A stretch of DNA of 64,000 bases, from assembly GCA_964016885.1 (NCBI GenBank), contig OZ024740.1:333746001-333810000 (forward strand), written 5' to 3'. Positions 10,326 to 22,297 of this stretch are shown in pieces. Numbering within the stretch: position 1 is the first letter of the stretch; each line of letters starts with the position of its first letter. The DNA is from Eledone cirrhosa (taxonomy: Eukaryota). Below the pieces are notes generated by a model. It was not told where the DNA came from, made no database searches, and saw only the letters and a program-made list of their open reading frames with translations. The position numbers and the translations under genes are program-made.

Positions 10326-13301
10326 TTATACTTCTCTTAGGTCAGTGTTGTTTGTTTGGGTGTTGTTGTTGTTCCACTCATTCTTTCTGTTTAGCTTTGG
10401 TCTTCTAATTTCTATTTCACTGGCCTCTCTGATTTGCCTATCTGCTGGGTCATTCCTATGTTTAGATATTATTCTAATTTCTATGTTGTCTATGTTACCG
10501 TCATGATGTTGTCTAGCATGTTCGTATAGTACTGACCCGTTTTTTCGTCCTTTTAGTTCCCCCCAGTGTTGGTCTATCCTTTCACCTATGCTACGAGCTG
10601 TCTCACCTATGTATGTTGTTGTCGTGTTTCTGCAAGTACCCTCTGTACATCTTATGCTATAGACTACGTTTCTAGTTTTACAGTTTATCCGGGGGTTCAC
10701 CTTACATATGATACATTTCCTATTGGTACAGTGGGTTTTCTTAAAAGGGTAGGTTTTGCTGATCAGGGATTTTATGGTGGTTCCTGGCTTTTCTACCACC
10801 TTTATTTTTAAGTGGGTCTTTCTCAGGGCCTTTCTACACTGGTTAGCTAATTTCCCTCCAGGGGTGGCGTCCACAAACATGACACTCTGATATCTCTGGT
10901 TGTCGTACCATGATGTGGCCTTCCCTATCTTATGTCTAGCCCTATCTAAGCTATTCCATGATTTGCTCCTGTATAGTGGGCAAATTCCTTTCATGTCCAG
11001 TTCTATGAGGGTCTTATACTTTTCCATGGCTCCTTCGTATACTCTGACTCTGTCTCTTTGGTTGTAGCCAGAGAACTGCATGCGGTTGATGAAGTGTTGG
11101 ATGTGTCCTTCCATTTCTGTTGGGTCGCACATGCTGGACACATTCTTCATCACTCGTACCAAATCTGCGATCAGAATATTAAACTTAGCACTACTGGACA
11201 TTGCTGAGTTTTTGAGTATCAGGTATTTGGAGGCCATGGGTTTAGCATAGTGTGAGTGGAGAATTTGGGCTCTCTCGTCTATAGTGTTAATCCAGAGTTC
11301 TGTGTCTAATACAGGTAGTCTATTGTTAGGGTGTTTGGAAGGGAAGTCTATAGTTACAGTTATACTCTGGTGTATGGAATTAGCTATCTGCTGGATGCTT
11401 TCCATCGTGCTACGTTCTAAATCAAACTTGTTAGTGCTCTCTAGTGGGGGTGTTCTTATAACTATATTGATATCGTCTACATAACGAGAGTACATGATGA
11501 GGTCTATGGAGCTTTCATTAAGGAGATCTTTAAGTCTCCTTTCCCACCATACCATGAAAAGGTTGGCAACATCGCCAGCTATGCTGACGCCGATGGCTGC
11601 TCCCTCATTTTGGGTGTAGATTTTCTCATTGAACTTAAATATGTGGCCCTTTAGGGTAGTTTTGATACTAGCCCCTATTGCATGTGCGACCATTTTTCTT
11701 ACCTGATCAGTGTTTTGGGGGGTCCGTATAGCTTTGGTCCACCCAATCCACCTTCCTATGGGAGTCTTTTTAGCCATTGAGGTTATGGTGGGGGGTCTAC
11801 CTCTTATAGGTCTACTAGGGCAGAAACATCTAAGGTCATGGCTGTCTAGGTAGTCAGTGTCGTAGGTAAGTCTAAGTAGGAGGCCCAGTTCGTCTGTGTC
11901 GACGTCGCAGAACTCCACCTCACTCTCAATGATCATCTCCACACATCTTTTCACAGCAAAATCAATGTTAATGGATGGGTACAGTGACACCACATCCATG
12001 CTGCCTATTATGCAGTTGGATAGGCTCCTGTTTTTGTTGCACTCACTGATTCTGCTGAGGAGGTCCTCTGTACTTTCACATACATCTGGGGACATCTTGA
12101 TTATGGGGCGTATAACCATTGAGAGGAAGTAGGAGATCCTGTAGTTGCTAGCTATATTAGCTCCGCATACAGGTCTTGTTGGTGGTCCTATTGTCGGGTC
12201 GTCGACTGTCTTGTGGTCTTTGCGGAGCCCATACAAGGGTGGTATGCCATTGTTAGACGCCTGGAAGTTGTTGGCAGTGCGTCTGCTTGGCTTTAGGATG
12301 TCAGTCCACATCATCATGTGAGCGTTGAGGATTTTTTCTCTCCCATCGTGTGTTAGTTGTGCAACTTCGCTCGTGTTGGTGATGTGGGGTTGCATTGCCT
12401 CGATGTAGTTCGGCATGCTATCTATTGACATCCTACCAGACTTATCTGTGGGTAGACACACTACCTCACCATCCCTTGTGCGCTGCTTGAGGCTAACCAA
12501 GCCTTCTACAGGTTTTATCCCAAGTTGTTGGGCCTCTGGTCTGCTCTGTCTCATAGTGTACCTGTCTACTACTTGTCTAATCTTATTTCTAGCTATGGTG
12601 AACTGTGCCTCCGTCTCGTCATCTATTTGTTGTGGTATGCAAACTCTTTTATTAAAGGGTAACCTCGTAGGATAGATATTACCCATCTTATATGTTTTGT
12701 CAGCTGGGTTGAAAAATAGTTTCTCTAAGGGGTTGTCGTTATTTCTATCGTCATAGTTGTGTGTGTTGCTATTATTGTTATCATGGTGGTTGTTGTTGTT
12801 TCTATCCTTAGCATTAATATTATTATTGTTATGATTGCTAGATGTATTGTTGTTTACTTCACCGTTATTGTTGTTGTTACTGCTATTTCTACCATTGTGG
12901 TTGTTACTATTATTATGTTTCTTGTTTTTGTTGATGTTGCTACATGTACTATTTCCATTATTACCACTGTGGTTATTGTTGTTGTTGTTGTTCGTATTGT
13001 TACCGTTATTACTACTGTGGTCACTGTTGCTGTGTCTGTGGTTAACGTTTCTATTATTATTATTATTGTGGTTGTTGTTGTTCTGTCTATCGCTAGTATT
13101 ATTACCATTATCACTATTTCTCACTTTCCTGCCATTGTTATGGTTATGGCTGTTATTTCTATACCCAGAGTTATTGTTTATATTACTACTACCGTTATTA
13201 TTGTTGTTGTTGTTTACCTTTGCATTCCAACGTATTTTTGTATAATAAATACAATATCGGAGAAAGCTTTTTAGCGATACTCCGGCCATATTCCAACTCA
13301 C
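10326..13301 (-). CDS. PLE polyprotein: Asn-rich N-terminus, reverse transcriptase, GIY-YIG endonuclease (991 aa; true start uncertain)
   Basis: RT motifs LYGLRKDHK, PTRPV, SMDVVSLYPSI, YTQNEGAAIG and YSRYVDDI. Linker CTNRKCIIC. Endonuclease NVVYSIRC...YIGETARSIGERIDQH. No internal stop. Confidence 0.93.
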   Translation of the reverse strand: MSWNMAGVSLKSFLRYCIYYTKIRWNAKVNNNNNNNGSSNINNNSGYRNNSHNHNNGRKVRNSDNGNNTSDRQNNNNHNNNNNRNVNHRHSNSDHSSNNGNNTNNNNNNNHSGNNGNSTCSNINKNKKHNNSNNHNGRNSSNNNNNGEVNNNTSSNHNNNNINAKDRNNNNHHDNNNSNTHNYDDRNNDNPLEKLFFNPADKTYKMGNIYPTRLPFNKRVCIPQQIDDETEAQFTIARNKIRQVVDRYTMRQSRPEAQQLGIKPVEGLVSLKQRTRDGEVVCLPTDKSGRMSIDSMPNYIEAMQPHITNTSEVAQLTHDGREKILNAHMMMWTDILKPSRRTANNFQASNNGIPPLYGLRKDHKTVDDPTIGPPTRPVCGANIASNYRISYFLSMVIRPIIKMSPDVCESTEDLLSRISECNKNRSLSNCIIGSMDVVSLYPSINIDFAVKRCVEMIIESEVEFCDVDTDELGLLLRLTYDTDYLDSHDLRCFCPSRPIRGRPPTITSMAKKTPIGRWIGWTKAIRTPQNTDQVRKMVAHAIGASIKTTLKGHIFKFNEKIYTQNEGAAIGVSIAGDVANLFMVWWERRLKDLLNESSIDLIMYSRYVDDINIVIRTPPLESTNKFDLERSTMESIQQIANSIHQSITVTIDFPSKHPNNRLPVLDTELWINTIDERAQILHSHYAKPMASKYLILKNSAMSSSAKFNILIADLVRVMKNVSSMCDPTEMEGHIQHFINRMQFSGYNQRDRVRVYEGAMEKYKTLIELDMKGICPLYRSKSWNSLDRARHKIGKATSWYDNQRYQSVMFVDATPGGKLANQCRKALRKTHLKIKVVEKPGTTIKSLISKTYPFKKTHCTNRKCIICKVNPRINCKTRNVVYSIRCTEGTCRNTTTTYIGETARSIGERIDQHWGELKGRKNGSVLYEHARQHHDGNIDNIEIRIISKHRNDPADRQIREASEIEIRRPKLNRKNEWNNNNTQTNNTDLREV

Positions 13302-14025
13302 TCAACAAACATTAGGAAATAAGTGATATATTCCCAATTATGTGTTCGGGGTGCTAACTAAAATTAATGCGTGGAAAATTGGCTGTATTATTTCACATGA
13401 GACATATCTAATATATCTCTTCCCAGACGGACGTCTCGTTTCATTATAGGACTCCTACAATTTGGGTGAAATTATACCAGTTTATGTAGGAGCTTGTATA
13501 TCATCAATAGATATATATTCAAATGGGCTCCTATAATTCATCACTGGGTGCCCCAATAATACTAATATTGATAGTCTAACCAACATCAGCATTTAGCGAT
13601 AATGACTTTCTGTGCCTGAGGTATCTGTCAGGTAGCCAGTCCAGCAGTTCTGAAAGAAGTGCTCGAACTGATTCAAAAAATGAGGAAGTGAATTACCGCC
13701 AAAAAACAATACATGCTCGTGACAATGAACTCTGAAAGGAATTCAGGCCACGTGCTTAGACCTCAATTGGAAATTGAAAAAATATCTATGTGTGTACAAC
13801 ATTTGATGACACACACAGATATTTTCTCGGGCAAAATAACAGAATGAGATATAAGGAACAATCTATATTCATATATAAAAAATAAACAAAGAAATGCTGA
13901 CCTTATACCGGGAATTTTTTCAAATCTGCTGCGCCAAGAGTAAGTAAATAAATACAATATCGGAGAAAGCTTTTTAGCGATACTCCGGCCAAATTCCAAC
14001 TCACTCAACAAACATTAGGAAATAA
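13244..14025. repeat. 79-bp direct repeat (13244-13322 and 13947-14025) spanning the PLE ORF start
   Basis: aataaatacaatatcggagaaagctttttagcgatactccggcca(t/a)attccaactcactcaacaaacattaggaaataa occurs twice, with one mismatch. Confidence 0.92.
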
Positions 14026-14194
14026 TTATATATATATATATATACTACACGTTTAAATATATGGTAAAAGAAGTCGAAAATGCAATTGGAGTCTTTAAGA
14101 AATTTTATTTACAGAAATATATGTCCAGTTTCCTCACGCTCATGATTTTCAAAAATGCAAAAGAGATGGAGCAATGTATATATATATATATATA

Positions 14195-14498
14195 TATATA
14201 TTAATAAAAGGGATTCCAGCTTTGTCTGATTTATTCGTTTTATTTATAATCCTTTAACATTATAATGATATTATAATAAAATAGAATGGTGACAGTCAAG
14301 TTTGCAATTGAAAATTGCAAACTTGACTGTCACCACTGAATATGAACCTGAAAATTGCGAAAGCATGAAAATACTTGTTCAATTAACACTTAACGTTTAA
14401 TATTCTACCATACTAATTCATTATAATATCATTATAATTTTAAAGGATTATAAATAAAACGAGTAAATTCCAAAGGTGAAATTCCTTTTATTAATATA
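14195..14498. repeat. Nested foldback: imperfect outer inverted repeat (about 80 bp) plus a perfect 23-bp hairpin (14287-14335)
   Basis: Outer arms ttaataaaaggg...tataatgatattataat and attataatatcattata...ccttttattaa. Inner hairpin tggtgacagtcaagtttgcaatt-gaa-aattgcaaacttgactgtcacca. Confidence 0.9.
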
Positions 14499-14532
14499 AT
14501 CTTCTATACACTGTCATACACACCCGTGTATA

Positions 14533-14619
<87 letters not shown>

Positions 14620-14699
14620 ATAATAAATTTGAAGACTAAAATCCAAAGAGGGCTCGATAAGGATAAATATATATCAAATATATAGGAACCGTAGAGCAA

Positions 14700-16210
14700 A
14701 TATTTATTAAAATAACAGATTAAAGTTTAAGCAAAGAATCGCTGCTTTCACCCTTAACGGGATCTTCTGAAACTAACAAAGTCAATCTGTAAACGCAGAA
14801 CTGGATATTCCAAAAAACGTTGCAACCGGAGGAAGACAGGAAGACGATACTTTGGTTCGTGGTAACGTTCGGTGGCTAAGAACGGGAAAAAACGAATATA
14901 ATACGTCATTAATAGGAGCGGTAAAAGCAATTACGCGCAAAGACAGAACCACGTTTATGATATAAAAGAGGTCGTAGACTAATGTTCTCTTAGGTGGTGC
15001 ATAGAGACGTTCTCTGGCAATGAACGAAAAAACGAAGATACTACGTCATATGTAGAGCGTGGAGAACAATAGCACGCAAAGACAAAACCACGTAAATGGT
15101 ATAGCAGAAGTCGTAAACTAAATTCTAACTAGGAGACCGAATGATTATCCGCTACAGAGTTAAGAACAAAGTAAATAAATACAATACAGAAGTAATAGAA
15201 ATAAATAAATACAAACACGCAAACAAATACGTACATACACAAGCGTACGCAAAAACTTACCATAGGTAAACAAAACCACGCACATATAAATATGTGTGTG
15301 TGTGTAAGCGTGTCTACAAATAAATAAATAATTATATAAACGTATATAAATAAATAAATACGTATATAACAAGCGCACACACATACCTACATGTAAATAC
15401 ACGAATGTTCGGAGACGTAAGTCAACCAAAACATGAAGTACACATATACACACGCCCTACATACGTACGAACCTGCATATTCACACAGACGCAAAACTCC
15501 CGTATACACATAGCCAAACCATATGTACCAGAAATATAAAAAAATGTATACGCCATAACAATCAAATATACGTACGCGAAGGTATACGTACCTTCACAAA
15601 ACATACGGATAATATATACTTACCTATGCAAATAATAAAGGTATAAATAAACATATACTTAGCTCCCACACCGAGACGTAAAATATCCACGTATAGATCG
15701 AACTATTTATTTCTATTACTTCTGTATTGTATTTATTTACTTTGTTCTTAACTCTGTGGCGGAGATTCATTCGGTCTCCTAGTTAGAATTTAGTCTACGA
15801 CTTCTGCTATACTATTTACGTGGTTTTGTCTTTGCGTGCTATTGTTCTCCACGCTCCACATATGACGTAGTATCTTCGTTTTTTCGTTCATTGCCAGAGA
15901 ACGTCTCTATGCACCACCTAAGAGAACATTAGTCTACGACCTCTTTTATACCATAAACGTGGTTCTGTCTTTGCGCGTAATTGCTTTTCACCGCTCCTAT
16001 TAATGACGTTTATATTCGTTTTATCCCGTTCTTAGCCAGCGAACATTTCCACGAACCAAAGTATCGTCTCCTGTCTTCCTCCGGTTGCAACGTTTTTTAA
16101 AATATCCAGTTCTGCGTTTACAGATTGACTTTGTTAGTTTCAAAAAATCCCGTTAAGGGTGAAAGCAGCGATTCTTTGCTTAAACTTTAATCTGTTATTT
16201 TAATAAATAT
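14700..16210. mobile_element. Non-coding foldback element, about 505-bp inverted arms (14700-15207 and 15703-16210), HHR-like motif near the termini
   Basis: tatttattaaaataacagattaaagtttaagcaaagaatcgctgc... is the reverse complement of the 16160-16210 end. Each arm contains a diverged internal duplication of about 140 bp. Confidence 0.88.
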
Positions 16211-16232
16211 ATATATATATATATATTAATAT

Positions 16233-19200
16233 TAATAATAATAATAATAATAATAATGATTTCTTTATTAACCACAAGGGTTTACATAAAGTAGACATTA
16301 AGGACAGTGCAGGAGAATACAGGACGGTACAAATGGGCATTTCTGCGTGTACAGAACAAAAACAGTGGATGTAACAAAAAAATAACAATGAAAAATTCCC
16401 CAATAGGGGGAAATTTCGGAGGGACATTTGTGGAGAAAACCCAGTAAAAGGCCACAGTGACACTGACCACCAAGGCAAGTGCCCTCTCCCAGTTTTCCAC
16501 CTTTAATTTACAGATACGTACTCAGAGTAGGCCCATTCACTCGGGCCATTCTTGCTTCTCTCACCCATCTTTCAACAAAATACTGGGAAGAGAGCACTTC
16601 CCTCTCTACCCTGATTTTCCTTTTCAAATGAAATTTGAAAAAGTTAATCAGGGCATCACCGAAGAGGTAAGTGCTCGTCTTCAGCCCTTTCAAACGTGTC
16701 CACCATACTATCTCTTTCGCCATGGCCACCAGACAGATAAAAACTGCCTGCCCTTCCCGGCTAAAGGAAGAGGGAGGGGCAATCCTCACGATGGACTCAG
16801 ATGATAGCCGGATCCGTCCTACACGCGACAGCAGGTGTTCAACATAAACCCACAAGTCAGCAATTTTCGGACATTGGACGAGTGCGTGCAGGACGGTTTC
16901 ATCGCCCTGCGCGCATCTCGGACATGCCCGGCTGACGGCACCTCCATGCCTGTAGAGTTTATCCCGAACTGGCAAGGCTCCTCGGTAGCACTGCCAGGCC
17001 AGAGATTTCTGCAAGTTGTCCATAGGTCCCGGCCCAAAAGTTCTTCCGAAGAGATTGGCTAGTTGATTTTCGTCGACGCCTAGAGTTTCCCCAAGTACGT
17101 CGTCACTCTTCCCCTCCACTAATCCTTTATAGAACGCCGAGGTGGAGTTTCCACAGATCACATTGCCCCATTGGTCGAGGACTGTGAGCGCCTGAAGACA
17201 TTCCAGTCTCCAGGCGCTCCCTCTCGGTCTTCGCTTGACCCAGGACAGCAGCTCCGTCAAGGAAACGAGCTGGGGAAATACGTGTCTAGCAAACGGCGAC
17301 CACACCTGATCACTGTCGAGGAAGAGGTGGAGATGTCGTAGCCTGAGCGCGTGTCTGCGCATCATCAGCCACGGCATTCCCAGCCCTCCACGTAGCGGTT
17401 GTTGACAGCAGATGGACCGCCTGACCATCGGAGCGCGTCCCTTCAACAAAAAGCGAAAGAGCAAACGCTCCAGCGCAGTCAGGCGGGGCTTAGGACAAGG
17501 GACGACGGTCAGGCGGTAGCAGATGACAGACGCGATGCGCGTGTTAGCCACCTCCGCTCGACCTTTCAGGGATAGCTTCCTCTCACCCCATTTCTGGGTG
17601 AGAGAAGCCACCCTTCTCGTCACCTCTTCCCAGATTTTGTCCTTCTGGAGGTCCGCACCGAACCAGACCCCTAGCAATTTAACCGTCCGTCCGTCCAGCG
17701 TCCGACGACGTTGTTGGACGGCATGGACTTGCCTCTCCAGGTGCCGAGCTGCAGGCCCACTGAATTTTCCTGGTTGATCATTGCTCCTGTCACCGCTTCG
17801 TATTCTCTTAGTGTAGTACCGATCGCCTCGATGTGTTTGGCGTTCGACACTACTACGTTGACATCGTCCGCATATGCTGACACGGATCTTCCGCATCCTA
17901 GTTCGCGTCGGACGCCCCTTAACGTCTCCAGTTTGTGCAGTAATGGCTCGAGAGTCAATACGTACAAGATGGACGAGAGGGGATAACCTTGGCGGACCGA
18001 GCGCATGATGTTGAACGGTTCCGACAGGTGACCGTTCACTCTCACCACAGAGCAGATGTCGCTGTGCATGGCAGCGATCCAGCCTCTGAAGACGGGCCCA
18101 ACGCCAGCCGCCCTCAGGACTGCCGCTAGGTAACGATGGTCGATCCTATCGAAAGCTTTCGACAGATCTAAATTGATGAAGGACCCACCCCTGCCAGGTT
18201 CCCTAGCTACGCTCTCTACGATGTATCGCATGAGGTGGAGATTGTCGTGAATGGATCTGTCGGGAATGGCGCATGTCTGCGCCTGTCCCACCAGACCACC
18301 AACTACAAGCGCCAACCTCTTTGCTAGCACCTTGGACAAAATCTTGGACTCTGTGTTTAGCAGGGTTACTGGCCTGAAAATATCTATGTTATCCCCCTTG
18401 TTCGGATCCTTTCTCAGCAGTGCCACCGCTCCTCGGCTCACAGAACTGGGAATTCTCCCGTTCTGTTGCCAGTTGCAGTAGACGTCCGCCAAGAGGCCTC
18501 CGAACAAGTCTGGCATCTGTACGTAAAGTTCATAGCGCAGACCATCCAAACCAGGCGATTTACCCCTTGTGCAGCCAGTCATTGCCTCCCTTACTTCAGC
18601 GGCTGTTATCGGCTTTTTGCAACACTCCGCCTCATTGGCCGAGTGCCGCAGCAGTCCGTCGAGGTAGAAACTAAAGTCGATCCCTCGACCCGGCCCACCG
18701 CTGCCCCCGTACAGCTGAGCGAAGTGTCGCTGAAAAGCTTCACACATATGCCCGGTATCGAGTAGCATGCGCCCGTCGTGGTCCACCAAAGACCGGATCG
18801 TGGATTTGTTGCCACAACGTGCCTCCGCCACTCGGGCCCATTGAACGGCTTTCGTCCCCTCGTGTCTGAGAGCACGCACCCTAGCTCTGACAACGCAGCC
18901 TTCGTGCTTTGCATTGAAGAATTGGTCAAGGGCCAATTTCGCCGCAAGCACGCCGGGCGCAATTCCTTTGCTAAGCGCCCTGTCTAATTTTCTAACTAGT
19001 TCTCCCTCTGCTCTATTTTTCTCTATTGCTAAAGCCTTACTAAACCTAATGGATTCTATTCTAATCGCTCTTTTCAGAGCAAACCACCACTTGTTGTTGA
19101 CGATGGCCCCCGTCAACGCCCGCTTAACTAGTTCACTAATCCGGTTTCTGTAGGCCTTGCGCGCTGGTAAGGACGCGTTTAGCTTCGAGTAGCCGGGTCC

Positions 19201-22200
19201 TCGTCTATGAAGCCTATCTAATTCAAGCACACAGATCACGAATTTGTGGTCCCTGTAGCTGACTATCTTGAATTGTGGACAGCCTATGCTAGACCTATCT
19301 ATTTCCCTACAAAATACTCTATCTAGATATGATCTGGATGACCCTATGCGATTTGTCCAAGTCCACATTGGCACATTCGGGAAATCCAACCGCTACCTGT
19401 CAGACAGTTCAAAACGCCTGAGCAGGTTGGTGAGGCTCTTGCACCCTCCACCCCTATCCGCTAATCCCACACAGTCCCAGCGTGCATCTAAGATCCCGTT
19501 CCATTCGCCCACTAACACTAAAGAGCGGGACGTTCCAAGAAAGGTCTCCAGACGCCGGAGAAATCAGGCCGCCCTGCTCCTGTTGGAGCATAGAGACCAC
19601 TAGCCTGAAAGCTTGCCCGTCTCCGCTGGTCACGTCTAGCACCACCAACTTACCTTCTGGGTCCAGGAAGATAGCCCGTATGGCGAGATCCAAACCTCTC
19701 CGAAAAAGCACAGCAACTTCTCCCCCCGATCCCGGACGGCTGGGAGATGCGTACACATCGTAGCCGCCGAAAATCGGTGCGAAGGGCCGTGCTTCGGAGA
19801 TTCTGGTTTCGCTGATGGCCACTACATCTATGTTTAGTGACCTGAGATCGTTGAGCAGGTGACCCTGCTTCCATGACGACCCCAAGCTACGCGCATTTAT
19901 GCTGCCTATTCTGAGTGAGTTCATGTTTAAATAGAGTGGAAAAGATGGGAAAGGCCACTTACCATACTTTTCGTAGAGGAGGGATGGTTTTCCATCCCTT
20001 TGCACTTGATCGTCTGGTGAAGGGACCATTGAATCGTCCCTTCGGCTGGTCGTCGGCTCTTCTATGAGTATGTCCGAATATATTCTTCGGTTGAGTGTCC
20101 ATCCTAGGTCTCTGAAATCACCAACCGCGTTGGGGAATTTCGTTTTAATGTTTGTGTATTGTTTCTGTGCTATTTTTAGCAGTCTTATGTTAGTTGGCGT
20201 TTTGATTGGTGCTGGTATTATGTAGTCGTGTTGTGAAATGTCTGTGTTCAATTATGTAAGTCATTAGTTTCTTGTTGTGTGTATTTATTGCCGTGCATTT
20301 GTTTTTCTGGGGGTGGGGTGTGGTTCTGATCTTTTCTTGTCGTTGTTGCTGGGTGTGTCTGTTTTGTTGTTGTGTTTGCGATGTTGGTGCTTGTGGTGGT
20401 GGTGTTGAAGGTGTTTTTGTTGTTGGCGGTGGGGTTGTCGCGCGTGGTGATGGTGGTGTTTGTGTGGGTGGTGATGGTGTTGGTGGTGTCTCTGCTGTGA
20501 GTCTCTTTGCAGTAGCCTTTACCCTTTTTTCATTTCTTTCCTCCATTTTCAAAGGCGACGATGCGCTGCTTTTGCGTTTGTGCCTTCTTACGACCTTTTG
20601 CCATCCCTCTCCCACCTCACACTCCATGTCTGATTCTGTGAGGTCGGGGAGGGGTACCAGCTCCACTCTTTCACTTGTTGTTGGTGATGTTTGCACTGGA
20701 GTCTCTGTTGCAGCTGCATTTGGTACTGCTGTTGTTGTTGTTAATATTTCCACTGCTGCTGCTGTTTTTGATTTCCGTGGAGTGGGTATGAGTGCCACGG
20801 ACCTATCGTTCCATGTTGCCGCTTGTCCTGTTGCTGGTAGCCGTGGAGCCGGATTCGGAAGGAGGGGGGTTTTCTCCTTTCTCAGCGTCTTCTCGTTGCA
20901 GAAGGCCCTGAGGTGAGTCTTCGATCCTCAGCGAAAGCATTTCGGGCGTTTGCCCTCAACACTTATGGGCAGTTGAGTGCCGTTATCGAAGTCTATCACA
21001 TCGGGGATAGCTTCGATGGACTCCTGGTTGGTTTGGATTAACATCTCAATGGAGGTGCCGACCCAATCTTCTCTTACTTTTTTCTGTACTTGCAGTACAG
21101 TTGTTTTGTCCTCGATTCCGACGAGGACAGACGCGGTCAGCCAAGAAGGGGCCATCCCGGGGGAGACGTGGGTCAGTTTGACCCTTACAATTTTTGCCCG
21201 CAGTATGAGGGCACCCACACCATTTCCTCGCTCCTTAGGGTCTCTAAGGATTGAGCCTTTGCATCCTGGGGTGTGGCAAAAAGTACGTCTACGGTGGCAT
21301 ATTCTTGCCTCGGGTGATGTGCGTTTCTGCTGCCACACAGACGCCAAGGCTTTTTGTATCTGAGCCTCTGTGGCTCTTTCAACTCTACGGGATTTTGTAC
21401 TTACTGTACGGTACGTGACCGTACAGTGCTGTTGGGTTTCGAAACATATTTCGGCTGCCTTGCAGATTGCTCGGGGTCCAGTTTTTGTAACCATCTTCTT
21501 CGCTTCCTCTAATTCCTCATTTGTTATGAGGATGGTTTCCAGGTTCTTTGCGATACCTGCAAATGAGATTGGTTTTTCTTTGCTGTTGTTGTTGTTGTTG
21601 TTGTTGTCGTCAGAGCTGCTGTTACTTTTGTTATTGCTGCAGGTACTACGACTACTGCCGCCGCCGCTGTTGCTGTGGTTGTTGTTGGTGTTTCTGCTGC
21701 TGCTGTTGTTGTTGCTGCTAATGCTGTTGTTCTTTATGCTGCTGCTGTTTCTGTTGCGGCTGCTACTGTTGTTTTCCTTGTCACTGTTGCTGCTGCTGCT
21801 GTTATTACGGCTGCTACTGCTATTATTCCTGACGTCAGACGAATGAAATGGGTTTTCGTATTTCCCGCACACCTTTTTCGTCGTTGTCGTCGTCATGGAG
21901 AAATCTTGCTCGCTTTGCACGTGATTTTTCTTTTCTGGCATCGGTTGCGAAAGAGAAGGGAGGGAGAGAGACACATTTAGAGAAGGGAGGGAGAGAGACA
22001 ATCTTCTCTCAGCTGTAGTGACGATTGAGGAAGAAGAAGGAATGAGTGGGAGTGATCTATGAAAATTATTTTTCGTAGCCATGTTGTTTTTTTGTTTAAA
22101 ATAAATATTGGGCACAAAACCCCAATAAGCGGTTATTTAACCCCGAAGGGCCAAATAACGGACAGAAAGACCCCTCTCACGAGGAGGAGGGTGTTTTTGT

Positions 22201-22297
22201 CTACAAGTTGGTTAAAGTTTTAAACAATTTACAATTGTTATAGCGGTCAAAATTTACAATACCTTACAGAGCCGAGCCTCCGTCAACCATAGCATTC
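16233..22297 (-). mobile_element. L1/Tx1-clade LINE, lineage A copy 1 (full length, frameshifted)
   Basis: ORF1 pieces 20928-22115 and 20190-20798 with a broken CCHC knuckle. ORF2 pieces 19454-19924, 17671-19389 and 16508-17896 (APE, RT YADD, CPRC..H..C). AATAAA and a (TTA)n tail. The 5' end abuts a TTA tract. Confidence 0.95.

Larger units (their letters stand above)
9740..14025 (-). mobile_element. Penelope-like element, apparently near full length (Neptune-like Cys linker)
   Basis: Intact RT+GIY-YIG ORF. The 3' UTR has an HHR-like motif at 10014-10041. A 79-bp direct repeat lies at the 5' side. Bounded by (TA)n. Confidence 0.85.

Noticed and set aside
12759-13274. Hydrophobic poly-Leu/Val ORFs resembling membrane proteins (also 21370, 27374, 36477)
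   Set aside because: They are antisense or alternative frames of Asn/Ser-rich retroelement coding sequence.
19454-20251. Apparent in-frame ORF1-ORF2 fusion in LINE A1
   Set aside because: A1 is one base shorter than A2 and D at gatggaaaacc, so this is a copy-specific frameshift.
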